Shown: one piece after another, positions 1 to 8,090 of the stretch
Position numbering within the stretch: position 1 is the stretch's first letter
Layout of the letters: every line of letters starts with the position of its first letter
Assembly (NCBI GenBank): GCA_902493665.1
Contig: CABUQL010000001.1
Span: 1-26,507, forward strand
Direction of reading: 5' to 3'
Length of the DNA: 26,507 nucleotides
Source of the DNA: an uncultured Eubacteriales bacterium
GTDB taxonomy: Bacteria; Bacillota; Clostridia; UMGS1810
Notes under the pieces: generated by a model
Databases searched by the model: none
The model's input: the letters and a program-made list of their open reading frames with translations, nothing else
Told to the model about the DNA's origin: nothing
Position numbers and translations under genes: made by a program

Positions 1-1
1 T

Positions 2-820
2 AATTTTTGCATAATCAATCCCAAATCAACGGCGATTATGGATACAGTTTTTGCGTACAACGTGCTTGCAAACAACGACAAATCAGCCGAAAAATACATT
101 GAGAGATGCGCAATGCGTCCGAAAATCCAGGCTATGCCTGCTGCCGCTGATGCAAAAGGTGCGGTATCTTTTTCGCAGGGGATAAGTGAAGATCAGAAAA
201 AAGACCTTATTTATTTTATAAAAAGCGGACTTTTAAAAGAGAGCAGACGCGAAACGGAAAAAATGTTAAATGACGGCATGCCGTCGATGGAGGTTATTGA
301 AAAGTATATTATTCCGGCGCTTGACGACGTTGGTGCGTGTTTTGAAAAGGGAACGATGTTTTTGCCGCAGCTTATACAGAGTGCGCAGTGTGCAAAGGAG
401 GCGTTTTCCGAAATTCAGAGCCGTTTTTCAAGCAGCGGCGGTGAAAAAAAGGAAAAAATAATTATTGCGACGGTGAAAGGCGATGTTCACGACATTGGGA
501 AGAACATTGTTAAGCTGCTTTTACAAAACTACGGTTACGATGTAATCGACCTCGGGAAAAATGTTGACCCCGAATTGATTGTTGACACCGCGATAAAGGA
601 AAATGTCAGACTTGTGGGGTTAAGTGCACTTATGACGACGACTGTTGTCAATATGGAAGAAACCATAAAGCTTTTAAAAGAGAGATATCCGTCATGTCTT
701 ACGGTTGTCGGCGGTGCGGTGCTCACCGAGGATTATGCAAAAAGCATAAATGCCGATTTCTACGCAAAGGACGCGCTTAAAACGGTGGAATTTGCTAACA
801 GGATTTTTGGAAAAGCGTAA
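2..820 (+). CDS. metH: Cobalamin-dependent methionine synthase, C-terminal part (end of pterin-binding domain, cap, B12-binding domain); 5'-truncated by window edge
   Basis: Frame is open from nt 2 (NFCIINPKSTAIM...). Cap motif (IIPALDDVGACFEKGTMFLPQLIQSA), DxHxxG motif in TVKGDVHDIGKNIV, then GLSALMTTT and VVGGAV. Confidence 0.85.
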   Translation, partial: NFCIINPKSTAIMDTVFAYNVLANNDKSAEKYIERCAMRPKIQAMPAAADAKGAVSFSQGISEDQKKDLIYFIKSGLLKESRRETEKMLNDGMPSMEVIEKYIIPALDDVGACFEKGTMFLPQLIQSAQCAKEAFSEIQSRFSSSGGEKKEKIIIATVKGDVHDIGKNIVKLLLQNYGYDVIDLGKNVDPELIVDTAIKENVRLVGLSALMTTTVVNMEETIKLLKERYPSCLTVVGGAVLTEDYAKSINADFYAKDALKTVEFANRIFGKA

Positions 821-979
821 TAGAATTAAAGGTGTTTACAAGGTTTATGTCATCATTTTATGAAAAAACAAGGCTTTGGAAGCAATATTGTCAAGTTTTA
901 AAAAGAATAAATTTTGGCGTTTTGGGAATAATTTTTTTAAATGTTTCCAAAGCGTCTTTTTTATTTTTAGGGGGTAGCG

Positions 980-1231
980 ATGAGCGGAATATATGATGTG
1001 GCGAAAATAAAAACACGTGTTGAATCGTGTGTGGGAAGAAAGGTTAAGGTTATATCGGGCAGGGGCAGACGGCACAGGCGTGCGCAGAGCGGTGTGATTG
1101 AGCAAACATATCCGTCGATTTTTGTGATTAAGCTCGACGACGGTTCGAAAAAAGAGCGGATTTCGGTTTCATATGCGGACGTGCTTACGAAAACCGTTCA
1201 GCTCATGTTTTTAAAATCTGATGTAAGTTAA
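980..1231 (+). CDS. veg: Veg family protein
   Basis: 83 aa with GRxR, GVIEQTYPSIFVIKL and ISVSYADVLTKTV typical of Veg; purine-rich RBS AGGGGG upstream. Confidence 0.9.
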   Translation: MSGIYDVAKIKTRVESCVGRKVKVISGRGRRHRRAQSGVIEQTYPSIFVIKLDDGSKKERISVSYADVLTKTVQLMFLKSDVS

Positions 1232-1334
1232 GATCCTACAGACGCTTTTTTGAAAAAAAGCAAGATCCTACAGACGCTTTTTGAAAAAAGCTTAGCAAAA
1301 ACTTCAAGTGCAAAACTATCGTTTTGCGAGGGAG
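1230..1334 (-). repeat. Palindromic intergenic repeat, copy A (reverse orientation), with ~31-bp tandem duplication
   Basis: 1309-1328 is the exact reverse complement of CGCAAAACGATAGTTTTGCA (also 1965-1984 and 21771-21790). AAGATCCTACAGACGCTTTTT(T)GAAAAAA(A)GC is repeated at 1230-1261 and 1262-1291. Confidence 0.85.
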
Positions 1335-1337
1335 TTT

Positions 1338-1538
1338 TTAATGCCTTCGAGGACAATTTTTGTCTTTGCAACTTCTGCATTCTTCTTTTGAATGATTTTG
1401 TCTGCAGCATAGTTCATAATCACATTCTTCGCAGCAAAAATGAGTTTTTCCTAATATGTTTTTCTTAGTGCCGTTTCCTAAACAGTCTTTTCCGCAATTT
1501 TCGGGAGTTAATATAGTTCCGGTTATATCAATAATCAT
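1338..1538 (-). CDS. Small Cys-rich hypothetical protein, copy 1 (66 aa, 10 Cys), putative metal-binding
   Basis: MIIDITGTILTPENCGKDCLGNG...CCEECDYELCC...CxxC...C; aligns with the paralog at 21481-21699. AGGA precedes ATG 1538; an in-frame ATG at 1613 with GGAG upstream is an alternative start. Confidence 0.75.
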   Translation of the reverse strand: MIIDITGTILTPENCGKDCLGNGTKKNILGKTHFCCEECDYELCCRQNHSKEECRSCKDKNCPRRH

Positions 1539-1639
1539 TTTTCTTCCTGCAATTTTTTTGATAATGCTGTAAAATATGTATTTGATTCGGCAAAAAACAT
1601 TTAAATGATCCATGTAAAAACATCTCCGTTGTAAAAATG

Positions 1640-1706
1640 TAACCATAATTGGTTATAGTTTTAATTATACATTGGTTATAAAATTATGTCAATACTATAA
1701 CCGGAG
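1640..1706. promoter_or_regulatory. Divergent overlapping sigmaA promoters with candidate operator repeats (module 1)
   Basis: Minus strand TTGACA (1692-1687)-17 bp-TATAAT (1669-1664). TTGGTTATA occurs twice, TATAACC once, plus palindrome TAACCA-TAAT-TGGTTA at 1640-1655. Confidence 0.8.
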
Positions 1707-1714
1707 TTGATTAC

Positions 1715-1891
1715 ATGTTTAAAATTGAAAACAAATTTAAAAATGCGAATACACCCAGAACAATAAGATTTCCTGAAGATATGTTTGAAGAACTGAATAA
1801 AATTGCTTCTGATAATGATATTTCTTTTAACCTTCTTGTACTGCAGTGTTGCCGTTATGCAATTGACAACATGGAAAAAAATAAAAATTAA
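1715..1891 (+). CDS. Small ribbon-helix-helix (Arc/CopG-like) DNA-binding protein, 58 aa; absent from the ORF track
   Basis: Hand translation MFKIENKFKNANTPRTIRFPEDMFEELNKIASDNDISFNLLVLQCCRYAIDNMEKNKN*; RTIRFP strand followed by two helices; GGAG RBS at 1703-1706; terminator follows. Confidence 0.8.
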   Translation: MFKIENKFKNANTPRTIRFPEDMFEELNKIASDNDISFNLLVLQCCRYAIDNMEKNKN

Positions 1892-1897
1892 TAAAAC

Positions 1898-1937
1898 AAG
1901 CCGAGAAAAGCAAAAATAATGCTTCTCTCGGCTTTTT
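1898..1937 (+). terminator. Intrinsic terminator after the RHH gene
   Basis: AAGCCGAGAAAAGCA...TGCTTCTCTCGGCTT hairpin followed by a T run. Confidence 0.75.
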
Positions 1938-1959
1938 GATTTCCTGAATATTATAATTT

Positions 1960-2052
1960 CTCCCCGCAAAACGATAGTTTTGCATGAGCGTTTTTTGGTT
2001 ACTTTTTTACTAAAAAAGTAACGAACAAAAGTAACGAACAAAAGTAACGAAT
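1960..2052 (+). repeat. Palindromic intergenic repeat, copy B, with 3 x 13-bp tandem repeat
   Basis: 20-bp core at 1965-1984; TTACTTTTTTACTAAAAAAGTAAC at 1999-2022 is identical to 21886-21909; AAAAGTAACGAA(C/T) x3 at 2014-2052. Confidence 0.85.
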
Positions 2053-2057
2053 AATTT

Positions 2058-4829
2058 CTAATCAAGTGTTACTGTAACTGTGTTGTCGCCGTTTTTGTAA
2101 AGCGGCACGGAAACTTTTTTTGTCTTTCCGTTTGCGGTAACGGACACATCGTAATCGCCGTAAAAACCTCTTGCGCTAAACGCACCGTCAGCACCGGTTT
2201 TACCCGATTCGTTAGTCCACCACTTGTTGTAGATAAGATCCTGCCATACTTCCATAGCCGGTTTCGCATTACCGTTTTCATCATAGAAAATTCTCTTGTT
2301 GTTGCCCTTGTATGCTCTGAACTGCCAGATGTAAAATCCGTCCATAGCCTCATGAGCAAAAGAAGTTATCATAAAATCTCTTGTGAAATTTGCCTGGAGC
2401 TCGTTGTCAAATGTTGTAAAGTCATATTCCGTAACTTTAAGACGTTTTCCGTATTTAGCCATTTTGTCGAGCATTTCGTTAATCGTTTCGGGATTTTCGG
2501 GCGAACCGTAATGCGACTGTATTCCGATACCGTCAAAATCAACACCGTTTTTAATCCATTCATCCATAAACTCGTAAAACTCTTTTTCGCGTCTGAAATC
2601 GTTGTAGTATAAAACACCGTCTTTTCCGAGAGCTTCTCTTGCCATGTTGTACCATGTGTTAATCATTTCAAAGCCATATTTTGTGCGGAAATAATTGTTT
2701 GTCATTGCCTCGTTTAAAACGTCCCACTCTTTAACGCCGTATTTTGCAAATGCTTCGGTAATTTCGTCGATGTGCTCTTTCTGCATCTTCAAAAGCGCTT
2801 CCTTGTCCTCTGCAACGTCGTTAATTCTCATGGGCGCACCCGAGCTTTTCTTGTCGGGGAGATAATCCCATATAAGGAGATGTCCTCTAATGTTTTTAAT
2901 ACCGAGGTCTTTTGCCGATTTTGCCATTTGAAGGGCAAGCGGCTTATCATCTTCGTAGTATGTCCATTTCATATTGCCTTCAAATACAACGGAGTTGAAG
3001 TTTTTCTGAACATCTGCCTGATACGATTCTTCGTTGTTAATATTTTGCGTAATAGCCGTTCCCCATTCAAACTCGTGGTCGTACATGTCGAGCTTAACGT
3101 CAGCGTCGGGGATAACGTTTCCGTCTTTGTCTTTAACAATAACTTTAAAATCGCCTTTTCTGATTTTTTCAATTCTGTCCCAGGCATCTTTTCTCCATTT
3201 TGCATCGGGCGCAAGCGATGGATTGCTGTTTGAATCTGTCGGCAAATCTTCAATTTTAACCTTGTCGCCGTAATTTGTGATTTCGTATCCGGCAAAATCA
3301 ACAACCTGTGTGTAGAAACCGAGTCTTATGCTGAGGCTTGTGTAACCGTCTTTGTGAGTGAACGGGAAATAAAAAGCTTTCCATTCAGAGTTATTGGAAA
3401 CGTTTGCGGTAAGATTTTTCGCATAATGTCCGCCGTTCTGCTCGATTATAACCTGTCCCTGACCCATTTGAGCCTCGGTTGCGCCGCCTTTTTCGGTTCT
3501 CATATAAAGCTTTAAAAGGCATACATCGCCCTCTTTTGCTTTGCCGTCAAGCGCATTGCCGATGTCAAATTTAAAAAGATACGCCGGCTCCGTGGGAGCG
3601 TAAACCGTTGCCCTTACCGCTTTTTTAAACGGCTGCCCCGAAACTTCAATTACTTCAAGTGTACCATATTGGGACGGCTCATTTTTTTCGACCATAGAAA
3701 TAAAATGGTCGTTGTCAACGATTACATCGCCTTTGGGGAGAGTCGCGAGAAGCTCATCGGCGCTTTTTTTGTCAGTGCCGTAATAGAGAATGTCCTCATA
3801 ATTCTTCCCTGTTTTGAAATTTGTGGGAACGGGTCTGTGACCGTCTGTAATTTCAAGATTGTGCATATTAACATTTACATCCGACGAAGTGCTTTCGCCG
3901 GATGTGTTGTTTGTGCCTTCTTTAATTTCAATATCGTCAATGTAAATTGTCGGTACATTCTTAGTCTGGTATTGCTCAAAACCAAGCTGTGTAACGTTTT
4001 TGTCCTTGTGTGTGTATGTAAATTCAACTTTTGTCCATGTGTTTGCCGCTATGTAACCCGAAGCAACAAAATCCGAAGGACTTGTGGCAAAGTCTGTGTT
4101 CGATTCGCCGAATGTTCCGATTCTTACCATAATTCTTTCATCGGGAATATAGAAATAAGCTGAAATTGTAAACGTTTTTCCGATATCTTTTTCGGAGAAT
4201 ACGTTTTTGAGCTTAATTCTGTTGTTGGAATTTGTTTTGTCAGCCATTTTAAGCGATTTTCCGCTGCCCGTTGTGTGATCCTGTTCTGCTGAAAGCGATA
4301 CTTTCGATCCGTCGTAAGCTCCGCCTGCAACAAAGTCCTTGTTGTTTTCAAAAGCTGAAAGATCGTCAAAAGTCCATTTTTTAAAGCTTTTGTCGCCTTC
4401 GTCTTCTTTTGTGATTATAACTGTCTGTGTATCATTGTTCCAGTCAACTTTAGCTCCGAGCGATTCGGAAATAAATCTTACCGGAACAAGTGTTCGGTCG
4501 CTGATAAGTTTTGCGGGAACGTCAAGTGTTACGTCTTTTCCGTTAACTTTTGCAACTGTGTTTTCAATCTGGATTTCAACCGTAGTGTTGCCCAACACGC
4601 CTTTTGCGGTGTTTGTATCATTGTTCCAGTCTACCTTTGCACCGAGTGCTTCAAATATTGCTCTTACGGGAACAAGCGTTCTGTCATTTACGAGGACAGG
4701 AGGTTGGTCCATTGTAAGACTTTTGCCGTTTACGAGCACTTTAATGTCATCTTCGGCAAATGCCGTCTGAAATGCAAAAGACGAAATAAGAAGTGCAAGT
4801 GTGAGCATCAAACATAAAATTCTTTTCAT
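2058..4829 (-). CDS. Secreted modular GH10 endo-1,4-beta-xylanase: signal peptide, copper-amine-oxidase-N (stalk) domain, CBM4/9/22-like module(s), GH10 catalytic domain
   Basis: Signal peptide ending AFA; RTLVPVRAIFEALGAKVDW stalk repeats; WTKVEFTY...IYIDDIEI CBM-like end; GH10 motifs NMKW, RGHLLIW, WDVLNE (acid/base), GIGIQSH, VTEYD (nucleophile). Confidence 0.85.
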   Translation of the reverse strand: MKRILCLMLTLALLISSFAFQTAFAEDDIKVLVNGKSLTMDQPPVLVNDRTLVPVRAIFEALGAKVDWNNDTNTAKGVLGNTTVEIQIENTVAKVNGKDVTLDVPAKLISDRTLVPVRFISESLGAKVDWNNDTQTVIITKEDEGDKSFKKWTFDDLSAFENNKDFVAGGAYDGSKVSLSAEQDHTTGSGKSLKMADKTNSNNRIKLKNVFSEKDIGKTFTISAYFYIPDERIMVRIGTFGESNTDFATSPSDFVASGYIAANTWTKVEFTYTHKDKNVTQLGFEQYQTKNVPTIYIDDIEIKEGTNNTSGESTSSDVNVNMHNLEITDGHRPVPTNFKTGKNYEDILYYGTDKKSADELLATLPKGDVIVDNDHFISMVEKNEPSQYGTLEVIEVSGQPFKKAVRATVYAPTEPAYLFKFDIGNALDGKAKEGDVCLLKLYMRTEKGGATEAQMGQGQVIIEQNGGHYAKNLTANVSNNSEWKAFYFPFTHKDGYTSLSIRLGFYTQVVDFAGYEITNYGDKVKIEDLPTDSNSNPSLAPDAKWRKDAWDRIEKIRKGDFKVIVKDKDGNVIPDADVKLDMYDHEFEWGTAITQNINNEESYQADVQKNFNSVVFEGNMKWTYYEDDKPLALQMAKSAKDLGIKNIRGHLLIWDYLPDKKSSGAPMRINDVAEDKEALLKMQKEHIDEITEAFAKYGVKEWDVLNEAMTNNYFRTKYGFEMINTWYNMAREALGKDGVLYYNDFRREKEFYEFMDEWIKNGVDFDGIGIQSHYGSPENPETINEMLDKMAKYGKRLKVTEYDFTTFDNELQANFTRDFMITSFAHEAMDGFYIWQFRAYKGNNKRIFYDENGNAKPAMEVWQDLIYNKWWTNESGKTGADGAFSARGFYGDYDVSVTANGKTKKVSVPLYKNGDNTVTVTLD

Positions 4830-5137
4830 TTTTTCTCTCCTTTTTATTTTTTATTACCATACTTTTATTGTAATTTTGATTTATTTAAAAGAACGGTAAT
4901 TTGGCATATATAAAGGCACGTCAAATTCGGTACCTAATATAAGTGTAGCACACAAAACACAAAAAACAATGTTACAATACAAAAAAATCCCACATTTAAG
5001 ACAAAAAACCACAATTTTATGTGGCTTGTAAAGGCAAAAAACAAGACACCGGAGAGCGGTATCTCCGATGCCAAAGATAAAAATCACAAATTAGAAAAAT
5101 GTGTTTCGGCTTCAAATATATTTAAGGAAGTATTGTT

Positions 5138-5818
5138 TTACTTTTCAAGCATATCGGGGCGTTTTTTCTTTGTTGTTTCAACCGATTTTTCATAGCGCCA
5201 TTTTTCAATTTTTGCATGATCGCCAGAAAGAAGAATGTCGGGGACGCGTTGGCCGTTATAATCATAAGGTCTTGTGTACTGCGGATATTCCAAAAGTCCG
5301 TTAAAATGCGACTCTTCCATAAAGCTTTCGTTGTTCGACAAAACGCCTTCAATCATACGGCTTACCGTGTCGATAAGAACCATTGCCGGAAGCTCGCCGC
5401 CCGTTAAAACATAATCGCCGATAGATATTTCTTCGTCAACAATTTCATCTAAAATGCGCTGGTCTATTCCTTCGTAATGACCGCACAAAATCACAATATG
5501 TTCCTTTTTTGAAATCTCAATTGCTTTTTTTTGCGTAAGAACGCTCCCCTGCGGACTCATATAAATTGTGTGCGGTTTGTAGGAAAGATTTTTTGTTATG
5601 CTCTCATACGCTCTTTTAATCGGGGGCGCCTGCATAACCATTCCCCGTCCGCCGCCGTAAGGAGCATCGTCAACCCTGTTGTGCTTGTTTTGGGCGAAGT
5701 CGCGTATGTTTACGGCGTTAATTTCAATTATTTTGTTTTTTTCTGCTCTTCCCAAAATGCTTTCGCTCATAACTGAGGTTATCATTTCGGGAAAAAGCGT
5801 TAAAATATCAAATTTCAT
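5138..5818 (-). CDS. trmD: tRNA (guanine-N1)-methyltransferase
   Basis: MKFDILTLFPEM, VDDAPYGGGRGMVM, CGHYEGIDQR, SIGDYVLTGGELPA, LLEYPQYTRP; start placed at 5818 behind GGAGG. Confidence 0.97.
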   Translation of the reverse strand: MKFDILTLFPEMITSVMSESILGRAEKNKIIEINAVNIRDFAQNKHNRVDDAPYGGGRGMVMQAPPIKRAYESITKNLSYKPHTIYMSPQGSVLTQKKAIEISKKEHIVILCGHYEGIDQRILDEIVDEEISIGDYVLTGGELPAMVLIDTVSRMIEGVLSNNESFMEESHFNGLLEYPQYTRPYDYNGQRVPDILLSGDHAKIEKWRYEKSVETTKKKRPDMLEK

Positions 5819-6001
5819 AAAAACCTCCGTTCCGCCGTTATGCAAAAATTCCGCACGGCAGCATAATTTTGCCGGAGGCTAATGGGAAAGGAACTTTCAC
5901 ATTATCTCCATTCCGACGCCCTGCATAACATAAACATTAGTAAATTATCTCTTATAATCAGGGCAAGGAATGATAAGAGATTTTTACACTTAGGCGCCAA
6001 C

Positions 6002-6922
6002 TTAAAACGACTGCGCAATTATAACAACGAGCGGTATTGTAATTGCCGAAAAAAGCGTTGTGAACGCAAAAATCTCGGATGCATAATTTGCGTTGCGGTT
6101 ATAGCTTAATGCAAAAAGCGTTCCGATTGCCGCTGCGGGGCACGCCGTGGCAATTACAACCGATATGTAAACAATTTCGGATACCGGTATAAAATGCAGA
6201 ATAAATGCGCAAATTATCGGCACGATGATGAGCTTCATTGCGGTTACAATATAGATTTTATAGTTTTTAAGCATGCCGAAAATGTTTGTCTGAGCTATTG
6301 TAACACCTGCAATCAGCATTGCAAGCGGAGTGTTCATTGATGAAATGTAGTTAAGCGCCTCGCCTATGGCTTTCGGAAGCCTTATGTTTGTAACGTAGCA
6401 GATAATTCCCAAAAACACCGCTATAACCGTCGGCGATTTTAACGCTTTTAAAAACGATTTAAAACTTACTTCGTTTTTCATTGTCATAACGCCGTGAGTC
6501 CACACAAAAATGTTAAAAACGGTTACAAAAGCCGTTGTATATAAAATTCCTTCCGTACCGAAAACACCGTCGATAAGCGGAAATCCCATAAATGCGCAGT
6601 TTGAATATATTACGGAAAAACGCTCTATTACGTAGTTTCCGCCGTCATCTTTTTTAAATACAAGCATTGAGAGCGGAATTGTTACGGCAAAGCAGATAAC
6701 CGAAAGCAAAAACGACCACAAAAGCCCGTTTAAAAGCGAGTGCGAATACTCTGTCTGATACGACATAAAAACCATAACCGGCATAACAATCTGCAAAACA
6801 ACGTTTGATAAATGCTTGTTTGCGTCCTGTGTGATGATGTTAAGTTTATGGCATAAAGCACCGGCGGCAATTATAATAAACATTATTACCGTTTGCTCGA
6901 TTATTATAGATGTGTATTCCAT
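6002..6922 (-). CDS. AEC (auxin efflux carrier / malate permease) family transporter
   Basis: 306-aa multi-TM protein with YSNCAFMGFPLI, TPLAMLIAG and ACPAAA motifs. Confidence 0.85.
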   Translation of the reverse strand: MEYTSIIIEQTVIMFIIIAAGALCHKLNIITQDANKHLSNVVLQIVMPVMVFMSYQTEYSHSLLNGLLWSFLLSVICFAVTIPLSMLVFKKDDGGNYVIERFSVIYSNCAFMGFPLIDGVFGTEGILYTTAFVTVFNIFVWTHGVMTMKNEVSFKSFLKALKSPTVIAVFLGIICYVTNIRLPKAIGEALNYISSMNTPLAMLIAGVTIAQTNIFGMLKNYKIYIVTAMKLIIVPIICAFILHFIPVSEIVYISVVIATACPAAAIGTLFALSYNRNANYASEIFAFTTLFSAITIPLVVIIAQSF

Positions 6923-7015
6923 ATTTTCCTCTTTTCACGTTTAAAATATTTAATGTGTGTAAAATGTTTTTGATTAGTCCGCCGAAAGATAAAACCCTAT
7001 ACGGTTTGCAAATAT

Positions 7016-7891
7016 TTATAAGTTTTCGCTTTCTCCGATTGTTTTTTTCGCTTTTTCTTCTTTGTTTGATATAATCATCCATGCGCTTATTACCAAAATA
7101 ACAAATGCACCGCCGATAAGCGCAAACATTCCGGGCGCTTCGCCGTCGAGGAAAAACACCCAAACGGGATTTAAAAGCGGCTCTATCATTCCGATAAGCG
7201 AGCATGTTAAGGGGCTTACTTTTCCCGATGCGAGGGCAACCAAAAGATACGGTATGCCGAGCTGGAAAACTCCGAGTAAAATCAGATAAGAAACGGACGA
7301 AAAAGTGATTTTCGGCGGAAAGAAAAAGCACATAATTATTCCGAAAAACGCCGTTATAAGATGTCCCGTTAAAAGCGCACCCATTTTTTCTTCTCTTGTG
7401 CACTTGTTTTGAAAAACATAGTAAAGAGCAAGAGTAATTCCCGAAAAAATAGCAACAATATTTCCGAAAAGATGCTTTGTATCAAGCTCGTCAAAAAAGA
7501 AAAGCGTAATTCCGAGCATTGTAAGTATTACGGCAAAAACATCGTTTTTTGAGAAAATTTCTTTAAACATTATGCTTGAAATAATAATTATAAAAATCGG
7601 CGCCGATGACTGCAAAACAATTGCATTTGCGCTTGTTGTAAGCTTGTTTGCACAAACAAAAGCCGAAAAAGTTCCGAAAAGCGCAAGTCCGCATAAAACC
7701 GAGTTTTTGCTTACGGTAAATTTTCTGTTTGAAAGCTTTAGAAAAATAAAAACCGTTGCAGCCGCAATAAGACTTCGCATGCCTGCAATAATAAAAGGAT
7801 TCCACGGAATGTGTTTTATAAGTATTCCTGCCGTACTCCAGAGCACGGAGCAGACAACAAGCTGAATCAACGCAATTGATTTTTTACTCAT
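7016..7891 (-). CDS. EamA/DMT family transporter
   Basis: About 10 TM segments; LWSTAG, ANAIVLQSSAPIF, IEPLLNPVWVFFLDGE; start at 7891 behind AGGAG. Confidence 0.85.
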   Translation of the reverse strand: MSKKSIALIQLVVCSVLWSTAGILIKHIPWNPFIIAGMRSLIAAATVFIFLKLSNRKFTVSKNSVLCGLALFGTFSAFVCANKLTTSANAIVLQSSAPIFIIIISSIMFKEIFSKNDVFAVILTMLGITLFFFDELDTKHLFGNIVAIFSGITLALYYVFQNKCTREEKMGALLTGHLITAFFGIIMCFFFPPKITFSSVSYLILLGVFQLGIPYLLVALASGKVSPLTCSLIGMIEPLLNPVWVFFLDGEAPGMFALIGGAFVILVISAWMIISNKEEKAKKTIGESENL

Positions 7892-8090
7892 TTTTCTTCT
7901 CCTGTAGACAAATTTCACATTATTTTACCATATTTTTTTATATTTGTAAACACGCCTTATGAATAAAAGCAAAAAAAACATTAATAATAAAGAAAAGGAA
8001 AATATTTTTGGCGGCATGACACCGAAATCACATGATTTACAAAAGCATATTGTGCTTGGCTTTTCGGTGCCGATAATAACGGAGGTTTTT

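Noticed and set aside
1230..1291. Direct repeats as a CRISPR array (also 2014-2052 and 21817-21878)
   Set aside because: Units are contiguous with no unique spacers, and there are no cas genes in the window.
1250..1468. 72-aa plus-strand ORF, and 1228-1410 minus-strand ORF
   Set aside because: They run through the repeat and overlap the Cys-rich gene, which is supported by a paralog.
1338..1891. Classical type II toxin-antitoxin operon
   Set aside because: Genes are divergent and the Cys-rich protein resembles no toxin family I recognise; kept only as a hypothesis in the findings.
1676..2065. 129-aa minus-strand ORF
   Set aside because: Antisense to the RHH gene and crosses a terminator and repeat; no recognisable motif.
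4400..4750. Copper amine oxidase enzyme
   Set aside because: Only the non-catalytic N-terminal stalk domain is present, here and at 10232-11635.
5860..5900. c-di-GMP-I riboswitch (AGCCTCCGGC on the minus strand)
   Set aside because: The required GGCAAA-P2-GCAAA arrangement is absent.
8010..8055. Sporulation sigma promoter for spoVAC (CATATTGT)
   Set aside because: No convincing -35 element at the right spacing.
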